Positions 49,985-64,000 of a stretch of DNA of 64,000 nucleotides are shown here, one piece after another (position 1 is the stretch's first letter; every line of letters begins with the position of its first letter). A model generated the notes under the pieces. That model worked only from the letters and a program-made list of their open reading frames with translations, was not told the origin of the DNA and made no database searches. The DNA comes from Octopus sinensis (lineage: Eukaryota): the NCBI RefSeq assembly GCF_006345805.1, contig NC_042997.1:133920001-133984000 (forward strand), given 5' to 3'. A program made the position numbers and the translations under genes.

Positions 49985-51152
49985 TATGTGTTTGTGTGTG
50001 TGTGTATAATGTATGTTTATATATCCACACACACACAGCCTTTTTATTATTTTTATTCCATTTGATATAGTTACTATTAGATATTAATCATATTATATTT
50101 AATATGCTGTTTGGAAATGTTTTTTGTCCCTGTTATTCTTCAGATGTTTTTTTTTTTTTCTTTTTCATATTTTGCTTTGTTCCCATTCTCTTGCCTGTCT
50201 TGTGTATTCTTCTGATTATTGTTAATGACAGAAAGTACTGAGGTTCTTATCAGAGAATGCAGCAAGTTCCTGTAAATACTCAGTGCATATTCATGTACAT
50301 TGCCATGCTTTACTTTAACCCAAAGATACTTAACAATGTACACAAGCACACAAATTTTAATGTGACACTTACAAGCACTTTCAGATGTGGCACCCATGCA
50401 TTCATGTACACATACTCTCACGTATCCATAGAATTCTTCAGCTGGTGGAATCTAACATTGTTCAAAAGTATAATAATTTGTTTCGGTGTATGGAAGAGAT
50501 AAGCTCTAGTATTTTGGCCATTAACTCTCTGGTTGCTAACACAGACTTCAACTAGTTTGGTTTGGGGGGAGATTTGGCTGCTGTTTCTATAAGCAAATTA
50601 AGTGGACAAATAGCAGATCCCCCAACAGGCATATGCAGGCACTGGTTTTGGTTGCGACGGTTGTTATTTTTGTTATTTGGCTCTCTGACATGATATGCAA
50701 TAGGCAGGGGATAGGTATGTATTTTGCATCATGTATAAATAAACCCCCTTATTAATTTCACAATGTTTAACCATCACATCCATCACCACAGCTACTGTGT
50801 CTACTTAAATACTACTACTACAATTACTAAATAATAATAATAATAATCATTGTCCTTATTCTTAACATCACAATTGTCATGGTCATTCAAAGCTTTCCTC
50901 CATTCTGCTCACAAAGGTTGAAACGGGTCTTCAAAACCAGCTCTTTCTCCAGCTGTAAAACTGTTCTCCAACATAATGTATATCGGTTTATATATTCTTG
51001 TTCTTGTTGCTGTTTAACAAATCTAAAAGTTGTTTCCAGTCTTTTTGTTATATTTCTGTTCAAGCATTGCTCGGTTTGCTGTCTTTAAAAACCCAAAATT
51101 AAAAAAGGGAAATATACACACACACACACACACACACATATGTATGTATATA

Positions 51153-51190
<38 letters not shown>

Positions 51191-51249
51191 CTTGTATATA
51201 TATATGTGTGTGTGTATACATGTATATATATATGTATATGTATGTATAT

Positions 51250-51306
<57 letters not shown>

Positions 51307-51722
51307 CACACATTTACATATATATACATACATATATATATATATTTCAGTATCCAATTAGAGTATTGCACTTTCAGAATGTTTCATTAACTTTTATAAC
51401 TATTTCCATAGTAATGTCTTGGTTTAGAAGTTTTAGTGCTCATACTGGTATTAATTGTTGATGTTGTTGTTGCTGTGATTTAGTCCTTAGGTCGAACCTG
51501 ATCAAACAGACCTGATGATCCAAGGTAATCCAACCTGGATCATCCCATTGTTTTAGATGATATGGGGGGGGGTCTATGTTATGTAATGTCTATTTCCCCC
51601 TTATCTAAAACATTAATGTTTGGTTGGAGGGATAGCTGGCTACTCTTGCTGGTATGTTGAGTAGCCACATCAGAGCTCCCTCACTAGCTTATACTGGTAG
51701 TGATGGTCATTATGATTGCTGC

Positions 51723-51753
<31 letters not shown>

Positions 51754-52512
51754 AGGCTCTCTCTCTGTCATAACAGGCAATGGGCAGGGATAAAAATACG
51801 TGTCTTATGTCAGAAAAAAAAAAACCCTCATTAATTCATAGTGCTTCCTGTGGACATTTCGTTTCCTTGATATCTAGTTCTGCAAATAAAGGCAGTATTC
51901 AGTTTTGGTAGCATGACTTATATTACCAATCATCATTGGCATTCTTAGCATTCTCCTTTCCTTTTCCCTAACTCCAGTCTTCTGTGCTACTTCCCTGAGG
52001 TTTCCAGATCAAACACAGGTCTTTACATTATGTCAGTATTAACTGTGTTTTTCTTTTTTTTTACTACTATTAGTAATAACTAGTTGTGGTAGTTCATTAA
52101 CATAATAGTATTAGTATTAGTAGTATTAATACTTAACTAGTGCCATAAACAATGCTTCAACTTCAGTGCATACATATACATTTAATTACACACACATATA
52201 TACAAATTATAATAATCATATAAAGAATCTTGCAAACCAAATTCAAAAACGAATTATAATATACACATATATACAAATTATAATATACATATTCACACGC
52301 ATCCTTATACATACACATTGGTTGTTTGCTTCTCTGGGATTGGTTAAATTGATGTAGACATCTCTCATGAGAGCCCGATAAGGTTTGAAAATCAATTAAG
52401 GTTTGTTCATCATTTTTCAGTCTATGAAGAAATACTTAAAATTTGTCCTGTTTATATATTTACTATACAGGTTATGTACATAGTTATGTGAACACATGTA
52501 CATATCGATAAT

Positions 52513-52555
<43 letters not shown>

Positions 52556-53033
52556 AAGAGAGTGATGAAAGCCTGATAGATGTTTATGCATAAATATGGT
52601 TGCATGTGTATGCTCATGTGTGTCTGTGAGTGTACGACTTCACATGCACCCACAGACGTGCATGCTGTGCAAACCACCACCCCACACACACACACTCCTT
52701 ACTGATCACTGATTTTTGTGTTGAAACCTTAATCACTTGTCTCCTGTGCAATCACAGATTGTATCTATGTCAACCAAAACTTTATGTGGAAGGTTCCTTT
52801 TTGCACACAGACTCTCAGTCATCATACATACATGTACATACATGTTCATACACACACACGCGCACACAAGAGAACCACACATATGTACATATATAAAAGC
52901 TGCAATATTTATGGTTTGTTTGGGCAGTGTGGTACATTTCCAAATAATATAGACTGAGCAAGTTGTTATGGTGATCATCTGTAGCCCCACTCTCTCTCTC
53001 TCTCTCTGTCTCTCCTACATATATATATATATG

Positions 53034-53069
<36 letters not shown>

Positions 53070-53459
53070 TGTTTCTGGTGAGATGTCGGATAATAAGATC
53101 TAAACTGTATATTTTGTCACTATAGGTATTATTTGTGGAGGCACATTACCCAGTGGTTAGAGCAGTAGACAAGCGGTCGAGAGATCGCAGGTTTGAATCT
53201 CAGACCTGGTGATGTATGTGTGTTTATGAGCGAAACACCTAAACTCCACGTGGCTCCAGCAGAAGATAATGGCGAAACTTCTGCTGACTCTTTTGCCACA
53301 ACTTTCTCTCACTCTTTCCTCCTGCATCTTGCAGCTTACCTGCGACGGACTGGCGTCCTGTCCAGGTGGGGAACCTATATGCCAAGGAAACCGAGAAACC
53401 GGCCCTAATGAGTCAGGCATGGCTCAAGAAGGAACAAACAACAAATAGGTATTATTTAC

Positions 53460-53521
<62 letters not shown>

Positions 53522-56401
53522 TGTATTGAAAATATGACTTATGTTCTAATTTAATATTTTTTAAAAGATTCTTCACATTTCCATATTGGACCCTTATAAA
53601 GCTCCCAAATTCATCTTCACCAATATTTCCAGCCTATCTCAGCCTGTTATTTACTATGTAGGGGTTAATTTCAGCTTCTGTACTGACATGTTTTTACAGT
53701 GGCCTTGTATGTTTTTGGCATAGAAACCCAAACCACACTACATCCTGAAGGTGAAGCTGAGATAGTCTGGAAATTTTGATGAAGATGAACTCAAGAACTC
53801 TTTTTTTTACCGAGTGGAACTATGAGTCTGATATGCAAATATGAAGAAACTTCGATAAAATAAATTTAAGTTATAACAATAATTTTTCAATACAACCAGT
53901 TCAAAGTTGTTCACCAAGATACAAATATATATATATATATATAATGTACAAATATGCAGTTGTATGAGTAGGTGTATATATCTGGGTATAAGCATACATA
54001 TGCATTTTTTTTTTCACAAAAGACGTAAATCTGCTCATACTAACTCTATAGGATAGCATCATTATCCAAATTTGTAGGGAGCTGGACATCTTCATTGTAA
54101 GTTGAGAAATTGTAAATATCTGATTGGATAAATCCACATTGATTTAAAATATTAACTGCAGATACCTACGTGTATACACATGAAGCACTGCCCCAGTGTT
54201 CTCTTAGCCACGACGGCTAAAACTGATTAAGGAACAGACCTAAGTACATACATACATATATAAATACTTGCATAGATACATATACATATTCAACCAAAAT
54301 TTGTATATATGTTGAATGTGTTTTAAACACTTCATGCACACATACACTTACTCACGAGTGCATACATGCATATATACTTTTGATCTGTTTTTGTGTCTCT
54401 GACACAAGAATTCCCAAATTCTTTATAACTTTCAAAGTATTTGTCGCACTTCATTTTAATTCTCACTCATGCAACAACATTTGAACTGAGGTTGCATAAC
54501 ACATATGGCGCGCACATGCAACAATCCATCCAGAATTACACGGGTATTTATTGATGTACAAGTCTTTATTTTTTTAAAACATTTTATTTCTAAATTGGTT
54601 TTTTTTTTCCTTCTTTATTTTACAAACACTTTTGGTGTTAAATTATTTGGATATAATATTAATTTGATATAAATATCATTGCAAATCCCTCCCCCACATC
54701 TTCAGTAATATCATAAACACAATCTTAATGATAATAATGATGTTGATGATGATGATAATAATAATAATAATAATAATAATTATCATCATAATCAGTGGTT
54801 TTTATGGCTGCTTTTTTTGTTCTTGCCTCTATAATTTACATGGGTTTGTAAATCAGAAAGCTTTTACATGTTTTATGACCCCTGATTCTTAAATACTTAG
54901 AACATCACTAATAAACTTCAAGCTCACTTAGCCCACCCCATTCGTTTTGTGCTGTTCTAGCTACATGATATTTTTACTTGTGGTTTTCGACTGTCACTTC
55001 TTCTTCTTCGACAACGAGGCAATTTCTCTTATTAGTTTAATTTCTATTCAACTACTGTGTCAATGGTGTGATCTACACATTTAAAGTTCTCTCCGAAACA
55101 GAAGTAAGATTATTTTTTAAACCATTTCTAATATTTTACCCTTTCTAAAAGGCAGTAAATTGATCAGAATGGCTAAACGTTGGATTACTTTTTTTTGCTT
55201 TCCTTTACTGTTTTTACTTGCACGTGTGTTACACGTCGAATTTAGTATTAAATCCTGGTACAAATCTTTCTCCCTCCCTCTTCAAACTTGATATAAACTT
55301 TGCCCCCTGTATAAGTCACACCCCAGTTTTTTGACTTTAAATCAAGTATAAAATAGTGTGACTTACACACAAGTAAATATGGTAGTCATATCCCGTCTAT
55401 GTTCTGAATGTAAGTCTCATCCATCAAGATTCCTGCCTACTTCTTCTTTGATACTCAGTCTCGGTCTCTCGGGTCAATGTCCTTTCCATGCTCTCGGGGT
55501 CAATTCACTTAAATACATTGCTTGCTCCTTAAGCTTTTTTTTTTAGCATTTTACCTTTTTTTTTTAGGGTGGCGAGCTCATAGAAATGTTAGTATACTGG
55601 AGGAAATAGTAAGAAGCATTTCAAGGTGGTAAGCTGGCAGAAACATTAGCACGTCGGGCGCAATGCTGAGTGGTATTTCATCTGCCGCTACGTTCTGAGT
55701 TCAAATTCCGCCGAGGTCGACTTTGCCTTTCATCCTTTCGGGGTCAATTAAATAAGTACCAGTTACACACTGGGGTCAATATAATTGACTTAATCCATTT
55801 GTCTGTCCTTGTTTGTCTCCTCTATGTATAGCCCCTTGTGGGCAGTAAAGAAATAGGTAAGAAGCATTTCCTCCAGCTTTACACACTGAGGTCAACTTTG
55901 CCTTTCGTCTTTCGGGGCTGATAAAATAAGTACCAGTTGAACACTGGGGTCAATGTAATTGACTGTTTTTCTCCCCTAAAATATCAGGCCTTGTACCTGT
56001 AGTAGAAAGTAATGTTATTGCACCTTGTAAAAGTTAGTTGAATGGTAGAAACAGTAGACCATCAGTATCTGTGTTTATTCCTCTATATTTTAAGTTCTTG
56101 ACTTTACATTTCTTCCAAGTTTACTTACCAAAAAGAAAAAAAATAAATAAAAGACATCAGACTTGTTGGTTCAATTGAATGAATACTTTCCATGGAAATT
56201 TGTAACCTTGCATTTACTCTTTTACTTGTTTCAGTCATTTGACTGCGGCCATGTTGGAGCAAATCAACCCCGGGACTTATTCTTTTTAAGCCCAGTACTT
56301 ACTGTATCGGTCTCTTTTGCCGAACCGTTAAGTTACGGGGACGTAAACACACCAGCATCGGTTGTCAAGCGATGTTGGGTGGGGGGGACGGACACACAAA
56401 C

Positions 56402-56465
<64 letters not shown>

Positions 56466-59400
56466 GACGGGCCTCTTTCAGTTTCCGTCTACCAAATCCA
56501 CTCACAAGGCTTTGCCCAAGCTGCCACGCAATGGGACTGAACCCAGAACCATGTGGTTGGTAAACAAGCTACTTACCACACAGTTACTCTATTATTTAGA
56601 ATTTTTTTTATCTGTCTTTTAAGCTCAAATTATTGAAATGGTAAACACAAATCCTTCATCCTATTATTCCTTTAGAGTTAATGGGAAAAACAAGTACCAA
56701 TAATATATCATGGGTGTAGATGATACAACCAACTTTAACTGTGCTATCACTTAATTCAAAGAATAATTAGCATCTGTTGTAATATCAGTGTTGCAATTGA
56801 TGGTGGAATGCCAGGTTTTATAAAATGTCTTAACAGTATTTAAATTTGTTAATCTGTATTCTGAATTTGAATCCCACTAGGGAAGGACGATGTTCAGCTC
56901 TCGTACTCTACTGGGATCATTTCAGTACCCTTCCCCTACATGAATTGACCATGTTCTAATGAACACTCCTCCATTCACCACTCATAAAACATTATTATTG
57001 GTATTAAGTAGCGAAACTTCAGTATCGTTTGCATACTGGATAAAATGCTCAACGGCACTTCATCTGTCTTTAGGTTCAATTTTCACTGAGGTCAACTTTG
57101 TCTTTCATCCTTTCGGGGTTGACGAAATAAATACCAATTGAGCACTGGGATCTATGTAAGTGACTCGTCCCCTGCCAAACACCTAAATTTCAGGCCTTGT
57201 GTCTATAATAGAAAAGATTATCAATTGATCTGTAGCAAGGTCTTGTGGTAGTTGATTAGATCCCATTATATTCTGATTTCAAATCCTGCCAGACCCAACT
57301 CAGCTTTTCAAGATTCCCTTAAAATAATACTGTACTGTCGTAAAATCCATTTTAAAAAAAAATCCAAAACCCCCCCAAAAAAAGTGTATATTTCTATATG
57401 GACACAGAAGTCCAATAAGGTGTGCCTTACCCATGCATGCATGTGTTTTAAAGTTTGGCCAAGCTGGAGTCTACAATTGTGACATCATTTTAAAAGCTAA
57501 TTATCAGAATGATTATATAATATAATAACAATTATAATAAAATGATGGTCTTTTTAAAAATCAGAATGTAACCCATTTTGATAGCAACCTGCCTGAGACC
57601 ACCCTAATTCTACAATAGATACAAATTTAATACTTTAAAGTGATCTAAATTGAAACATGTCAACTTTTTATGTTAGTTTACGTCCTAACCACTAACTTAA
57701 TAATAACAAATGTTATTTTACTAAATTATTCGTTATTCTGAAAGTTCATTGAAAGAAAGGCCGTGTATTTCAGTAGAAATATGATAACAAAAATTTAAAG
57801 CATTTATATTTTTAAGCTATTCTAGTTTTGATTTCTTGTTGCAGAAGGCATGAAAATCTTAATATCCCTCATTTCATTTTTTGAAAAAAATCTACAAAAA
57901 AAAAAAAAGAAAAAAATATAAATAAGCATCATGTGTGTAGTCATATAATAAGAAAGTATTATTAGATAGTATGCCAATGAAGAAGGTCACTTGATCTGCT
58001 GAATATTATAACTAAATTCCCTCAAATCACTGTGCTGCTTTAAACAATAAAATAATAATAATAATAATAATGTAGTTCTATATAGTGGTTGTATACTGTC
58101 AACTCAACGTGACAGTCCTGTAAGGGAATTACACCAACGTCATTTAGCCCTAGGAAACATCGACGTTTCCTGTCGGCTTTAACTCATTTTCTGTGTCCTT
58201 ATATTTGCAAAGGGGGAGGCAATCACCCCGCCAGCTGGGACCTAACGGGTTTATCACAGATGGAATGCCATTAATTATAGGTTTCTTGTCTTAAGTTTAA
58301 ACAACAGCAAAACATCACTAATTGGAAAAGTAGAAATGAAGAACCAAATTCATTATTTTATATTATTCAGTTTCATCTTGTAATGCTGTAAGTGTAAATC
58401 TCTTTTAGGTTGATAAATTTAAGTGTCAGTCTGGTATTAATGGAAAGAGTATTAAATCAGCTCTACAAACCTCTCTGAATTAATAACAGTAATTATCATA
58501 TACATTTTTGTTGCCATCATCATTTTTGTGTCAGATTTTTTTCTTCTTTTTTTTTGTGCTGGCATGGGTTAGATGATTCTTATTCTTATTGTTGCAGTTT
58601 TTCTATGACTGGATGCTCTTCCTTACACATTTTTCAAGTGAAAAGTTTATTCCATTGAGTCTCATACATTAAAAGTAGTGAAGTTGCTGAAAACTGGAAC
58701 TTTTGTATACTGAAGAATGAAAGCAAGATTCAAACACATACACATATATGCACACAAACACACATGCATGCATGCATGTATATATATATACATACATACA
58801 TACATACATACATGTGTGTGCGTGTGTGTTAATGTTTGTTATTAAGTTATTATTAAAACAATTTTACAATAATCTGAGGGGTTACTCTATACATTTATAC
58901 AATACAGATTTATTCTTTAGAATATTGTCAACCGTGACATTCAAAGTTTCAGTCAGTTAAACCATTATCGGACAGCCAATGATGGCTTAACTGGTCAAAA
59001 TTTTGAAGTCCCTGTCAACGATATTCTTGTTTAAGAATACACACATACGTACATGTAAGCTTATACATTTATCAAAATGTTAGAATTGTAAAATATATGA
59101 TTCTTGTATAGTGTATGTTATATAGCATCCAAACATTATCTGATAAGCCATTCAACACTTGAGAGTAGAGAGCAAATGTATGTTTATCATATCAGAAAGT
59201 AAAAGTTTATTGTTTATTTAAGTTTCACCTGACAGCTGGTCACAACTGATGTGTTTAACTATAGACAGAACTTGAATAAACTATTAGCTTTTGATATAAT
59301 AAACAGATGTATATATCTGATGGGTTCTGTAGAGTTTCTGCCTATCACTTAAATTCACTTCACAGGTATTGGTTAGCCTCAGGCTATAGGACTCTAGTGC

Positions 59401-59726
59401 AAGGGTTTCCCCAAGATGTCATATAGTGGGACTGACCGTGAACGCCAAGTGGACTTGCTAACCACATGGGCAGTCGTGGTCATCTTCCATCATCATTATC
59501 TTATTTCATCTTGTCATCCTCATTGTCTGTACACCTGATTGATATTCTGGCTCACTCACTCCCTTTTTTTAAATGTATATTTCAGTACCAAAGACACCAG
59601 TTGTATCAATCTACATCACCATCACCACCACCACAACCATCATCATCATCATCATTATCCCTTGCATTGTCCAAAGTTAGCACTAATGCTTAAGATCTAA
59701 AACATGTTCATGGTTAATAAATCTCC

Positions 59727-59778
<52 letters not shown>

Positions 59779-59992
59779 TAGGTGGCAAGCTGGCAGAATT
59801 GTTAGCATGCTGGGTGAAATGCTTAGCAGTATTTTGTCTGTTTCCGTGTTCTGAATCCAAATTCTGTCGAGGTTGACTTTGCATTTCATCCTTTCGGTGT
59901 CGATAAAATAAGTACCTGTGAAACACTGAGGTCAATGTAATCGGTTAGTCCCCTCATCCAAAATTTCAGGCTTTGTGCATATAGTAGAAAGG

Positions 59993-60028
<36 letters not shown>

Positions 60029-60201
60029 GTTGTTGTTATTATTAGCACACTAAACAAAATGCTTTGTGGTATTTCTTTTAGCTTGATGTTCTGACTTCAG
60101 ATTCAGTCAAGGTAAATTTTACCTTTTACCCTCTCATGTTCAATAGAATCGACTAGTGCCCCCCACTCAAAAAAAAAAAGAAAAAATCAGTAGGAAGAAC
60201 T

Positions 60202-60242
<41 letters not shown>

Positions 60243-61145
60243 TATCACTATCATCAGCATCTCTGTGGCAGGAAGAGTTGAAATAACACACTAAATGCTT
60301 GGCAACATTTAGTTATGGTTGGTTGTTTCCAGTTGAGATTACACTGATATTTCCCCTAAAATTTTAGGCCCATGCTAAATTAGATAGGAAGGTCCTTATG
60401 AAAAGCTTTGTCCTGTATCAAGCACCAAAGTTCTCCCAGTTTGTGAGATTGCTAGTGTGTTATGTAGATCCGGTTCTGTGGAAGCCATACCGTAGTGGTT
60501 GCTGAGAAGGAAGAGAGATGGACAGTACCTAGTCATCATAAAGATCACCATCATCATCCTCATCATCCTTGTTACCATGGTAGTTTCGGCCATTTTTTAA
60601 ATTTTCATTTCTATCTGAATTCTTTTTAATGAAGAGCAGGGAGTTTAATGTGTCATGCCAAAATTATTTTCATACCCCACCCACACACACACACACTCAC
60701 ACACATACACACACACACACACACACAGCTTGTCTAGTTCACTTTTTATTCAGTGATCACTAATTTATCAATGGATTGATGGATTGAAATTAATCATTGA
60801 TTCATGAAATAATCCCTTCCGTATTGATCAATTATTGATTTCCCTGCCCTGCCCCTACCCACTTCCAATTTACTATTATTATGAATTGATCAGTTTCATT
60901 AATCAATCTATTGATAGATCATTGATTGATTGATTTGACTGAACACGAATTAATGCTGATTCATTGATCACTTTTTAATTGTATAACAATTTGATTGATC
61001 GATGATTAGTTATTAGTAGATCATTTCAAATATTAGTTGATTGATGAACTCAGTGATTGGTAATTAATTATGCTTTGATGGACTTATCTTCTCACTGATC
61101 ATTGATCACTGTGAATAATTTGTTGACTTGTCTATACATGCATAC

Positions 61146-61149
<4 letters not shown>

Positions 61150-61178
<29 letters not shown>

Positions 61179-61253
61179 CACAAGAGTATATATTTATTCA
61201 TTTACATATATTTATGTATGTGTTTATGTGTGTATATATAAATAAATAAATAA

Positions 61254-61294
<41 letters not shown>

Positions 61295-61306
61295 AATAAA
61301 TAAATA

Positions 61307-61350
<44 letters not shown>

Positions 61351-61420
61351 CTATATCTATAAATAAATATATATATATATATATATAAATAAATATATAT
61401 ATATATTTCTATATCTATAA

Positions 61421-61475
<55 letters not shown>

Positions 61476-61780
61476 TATATATATTTCTATATCTATAAAT
61501 AAATATATATATAATATATATATTTATATATCTATATCTATAAATAAATAAATATATATATATATTTATATATCTATATCTATAAATAAATATATATATA
61601 TTTATATATCTATATCTATAAATAAATATATATATATTATATATCTATATCTATAAATAAATATATATATATTTATATATCGATATCTATAAATAAATAT
61701 ATATATATATATATATTTATATATCTATATTTATATGTATATATATCTATAAATAAATATGTATATACATATATATATGA
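61150..61780. repeat. TA-rich minisatellite (tctataaataaatatatatatatttatatatcta-type units)
   Basis: Direct reading of tandem units of roughly 30 bp. Confidence 0.85.
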
Positions 61781-62410
61781 AGTGAATGTATGTATGTTCC
61801 AAGTTGTAGGCCACAGAATTGCACCTAGGTAGCAGAAATTTTGCATAGGTGCACATCTTTTCAAGGAGAAGATTGTAAGCTATGTCAGATTTTCTGCTTC
61901 CTTTTTAGAAACCCAGCCCAGGCACTGCTGCTAATGTGCGTGTGTGTGTATGTATATATATGTTTGTGTGTGTGTGTGTACATATATATATATATATATG
62001 TATATATATATGGACAATAATATATCAAAATAGACTAAAATTCAGGGTATTTGTTTGTTAATGTTTGTGAATAATCTTTCTCTATATTAATAAATAATTA
62101 GTTTTGTTGTTCATATTGTTGTTGCTGTTAATGTTGTTTACCAATTTTTTTGTTTTAGTTTTGTTAGTGTATAATTGTTTTTTTTATTATCTTTTTAAAA
62201 TTCATTTATTTGTTTTTTATGTTCAATACTTTCTTCATTCGTTTGCAGGTGTGCGAGTGTGTGCATGTGTGTTGTGTGTGTGAGAGTGTGTGTGTACATT
62301 ACAATGATATGAAGTTATTTCTTTCTTAATAAAACAGATTAATGAGTTTCATACAACGTTTTCTGTTTGTTACTTTTTTTATTTCATGTATATTGTTGTT
62401 GTTGTTATTT

Positions 62411-63584
62411 TCTTATATATATATATATAAAGCTGAAGTTGCCTGTGTGACAGCTTTGGTAGCCTTCAACTAACACTATCTCCTCCAAGACCCTGCGGTG
62501 CAAGTTAACCAAAATTGAGAGTATGATAGAAGAAGGCTTTCTCTTCATTCCATAGAAGATAAAATTCAAATTGAACCATGTGAAGACCAAAAATTATTTA
62601 CATCAAAAAGGTGCTTTTTTTCTATGAAAATCCCGATTTTTTACGATTTTTTGACTGCTGTGTCGTCATTTTTCGGTGTATTTCAACCAGAAAAATGTTT
62701 ACTTAAAGAGAATAACAGGCTACATAATGCAAAACTTTTACTTTTCAAAAATTCCAATTCTAAAGGGTTGAAACAAACATGAGCAACGCCGGGCGATACT
62801 GCTAGTCTATATATATAAAGCTGAAGTTGTCTGTGTGTGGCAGGTTTGTTTACCTTCAACTAACACTATGTCCTCCGAGACCCTGCAGCACAAGTTGACC
62901 AAAATTGAGAGTATGATAGAAGAAAGCTTGCTCTTCATTCCATAGAAGATAAAATTCAAATTGGACCATGTGAAGACCAAAAGTTATTTACATCAAAAAG
63001 GTGCTTTTTTCCTATGAAAATCCTGATTTTTTAACGATTTTTTGACTGTGTCGCCATTTTTCGGTGTATTTTAACCAGAAAAATGTTTACTTAAAGAGAA
63101 TAACAGGCTACATAATGCAAAACTTTTACTTTTCAAAAATTCCAATTCTAAAGGGTTGAAACAAACATGAGCAACGCCGGGCGATACTGCTAGTCTATAT
63201 ATATAAAGCTGAAGTTGTCTGTGTGTGGCAGGTTTGTTTACCTTCAACTAACACTATGTCCTCCGAGACCCTGCAGCGCAAGTTGACCAAAATTGAGAGT
63301 ATGATAGAAGAAAGCTTGCTCTTCATTCCATAGAAGATAAAATTCAAATTGGACCATGTGAAGACCAAAAGTTATTTACATCAAAAAGGTGCTTTTTTCC
63401 TATGAAAATCCTGATTTTTTAACGATTTTTTGACTGCTGTGTCGCCATTTTTCGGTGTATTTTAACCAGAAAAATGTTCACTTAAAGAGAATAACAAGCT
63501 ACATAATGCAAAATTTTTACTTTTCAAAAATTCCAATTCTAAAGGGTTGAAACAAACCCGAGCAATGCCAAGCGATACTGCTAG
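62411..63584 (+). mobile_element. Three head-to-tail non-autonomous Helitron units (62411-62805, 62806-63193, 63194-63584)
   Basis: Each unit begins TC(T)ATATATATAAAG and ends with a GC-rich subterminal segment (gcaacgccgggcgatactg) then CTAG; junctions read CTAG|TC; final CTAG is followed by T. Confidence 0.85.
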
Positions 63585-64000
63585 TTACTGTTGAAATTCA
63601 TTTGAAGAAACCAGACGTCTCGAAACACTCAAGAAAAAGAAAATGAAGATGAAATTAATAATGGTGGTGATTGTTTCTCACATAGGTGTAAGTGACCAGG
63701 ATTTTGGGCATAGTAATCATGGTAGTAATAAAAATAATAATACTTTCCTTATTGGTAGCAAAAGAAAAAGAAAACATTTAGGATAATACAAAGACAGTAA
63801 GGAAATAATAACATGTGGTTGGTAAACAAGCTACTTACCACACAGCCACTCCTAAGCCTGTATAAATTTCTAAAACAGAACATCAACCAATCCCATTGCT
63901 TGACTGGTAGAGAGTTGAGAGTGCCTGACGACAATAGCATTACTTTCTACTATAGGCACAAGGTCTGAAATTTTTGAGGGGCATGGTAAGTCAATTTCAT

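Noticed and set aside
60396-60593. Possible exon or ORF in unique sequence
   Set aside because: No recognisable domain, no partner exons, and the N-terminus comes from a (CAT)n repeat.

Overview
AT-rich, microsatellite- and SINE-dense eukaryotic DNA; the repeat families look like Octopus (inference, no database search done). One protein-coding gene is supported: the last nine coding exons (1544-31623, + strand) of a betaglycan/TGF-beta receptor type III (TGFBR3/endoglin family) homologue. All introns are GT-AG and phase-consistent. The product has a ZP-N/ZP-C module with 10 Cys, acidic Ser-Gly GAG sites, a TM helix and an STPCS tail. The 5' exons lie upstream of the window, and no second gene was found in 32-64 kb. 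The rest is four SINE families, Tc1/mariner/pogo/piggyBac-like remnants, a HERO-type LINE end and a tandem Helitron trimer. The most interesting signal is a set of short non-autonomous elements carrying minimal type I hammerhead-ribozyme motifs in three sequence families with covarying stems. One family has a compensatory G3:C8 core, and another sits behind a tRNA-derived head inside a 12-bp TSD. Several elements show 5' fold-back inverted duplications, one turning around 3 nt from the predicted self-cleavage site. This suggests a Penelope-mobilised ribozyme retroposon system that seeds long dsRNA hairpins in the gene's introns and just downstream of its stop codon.
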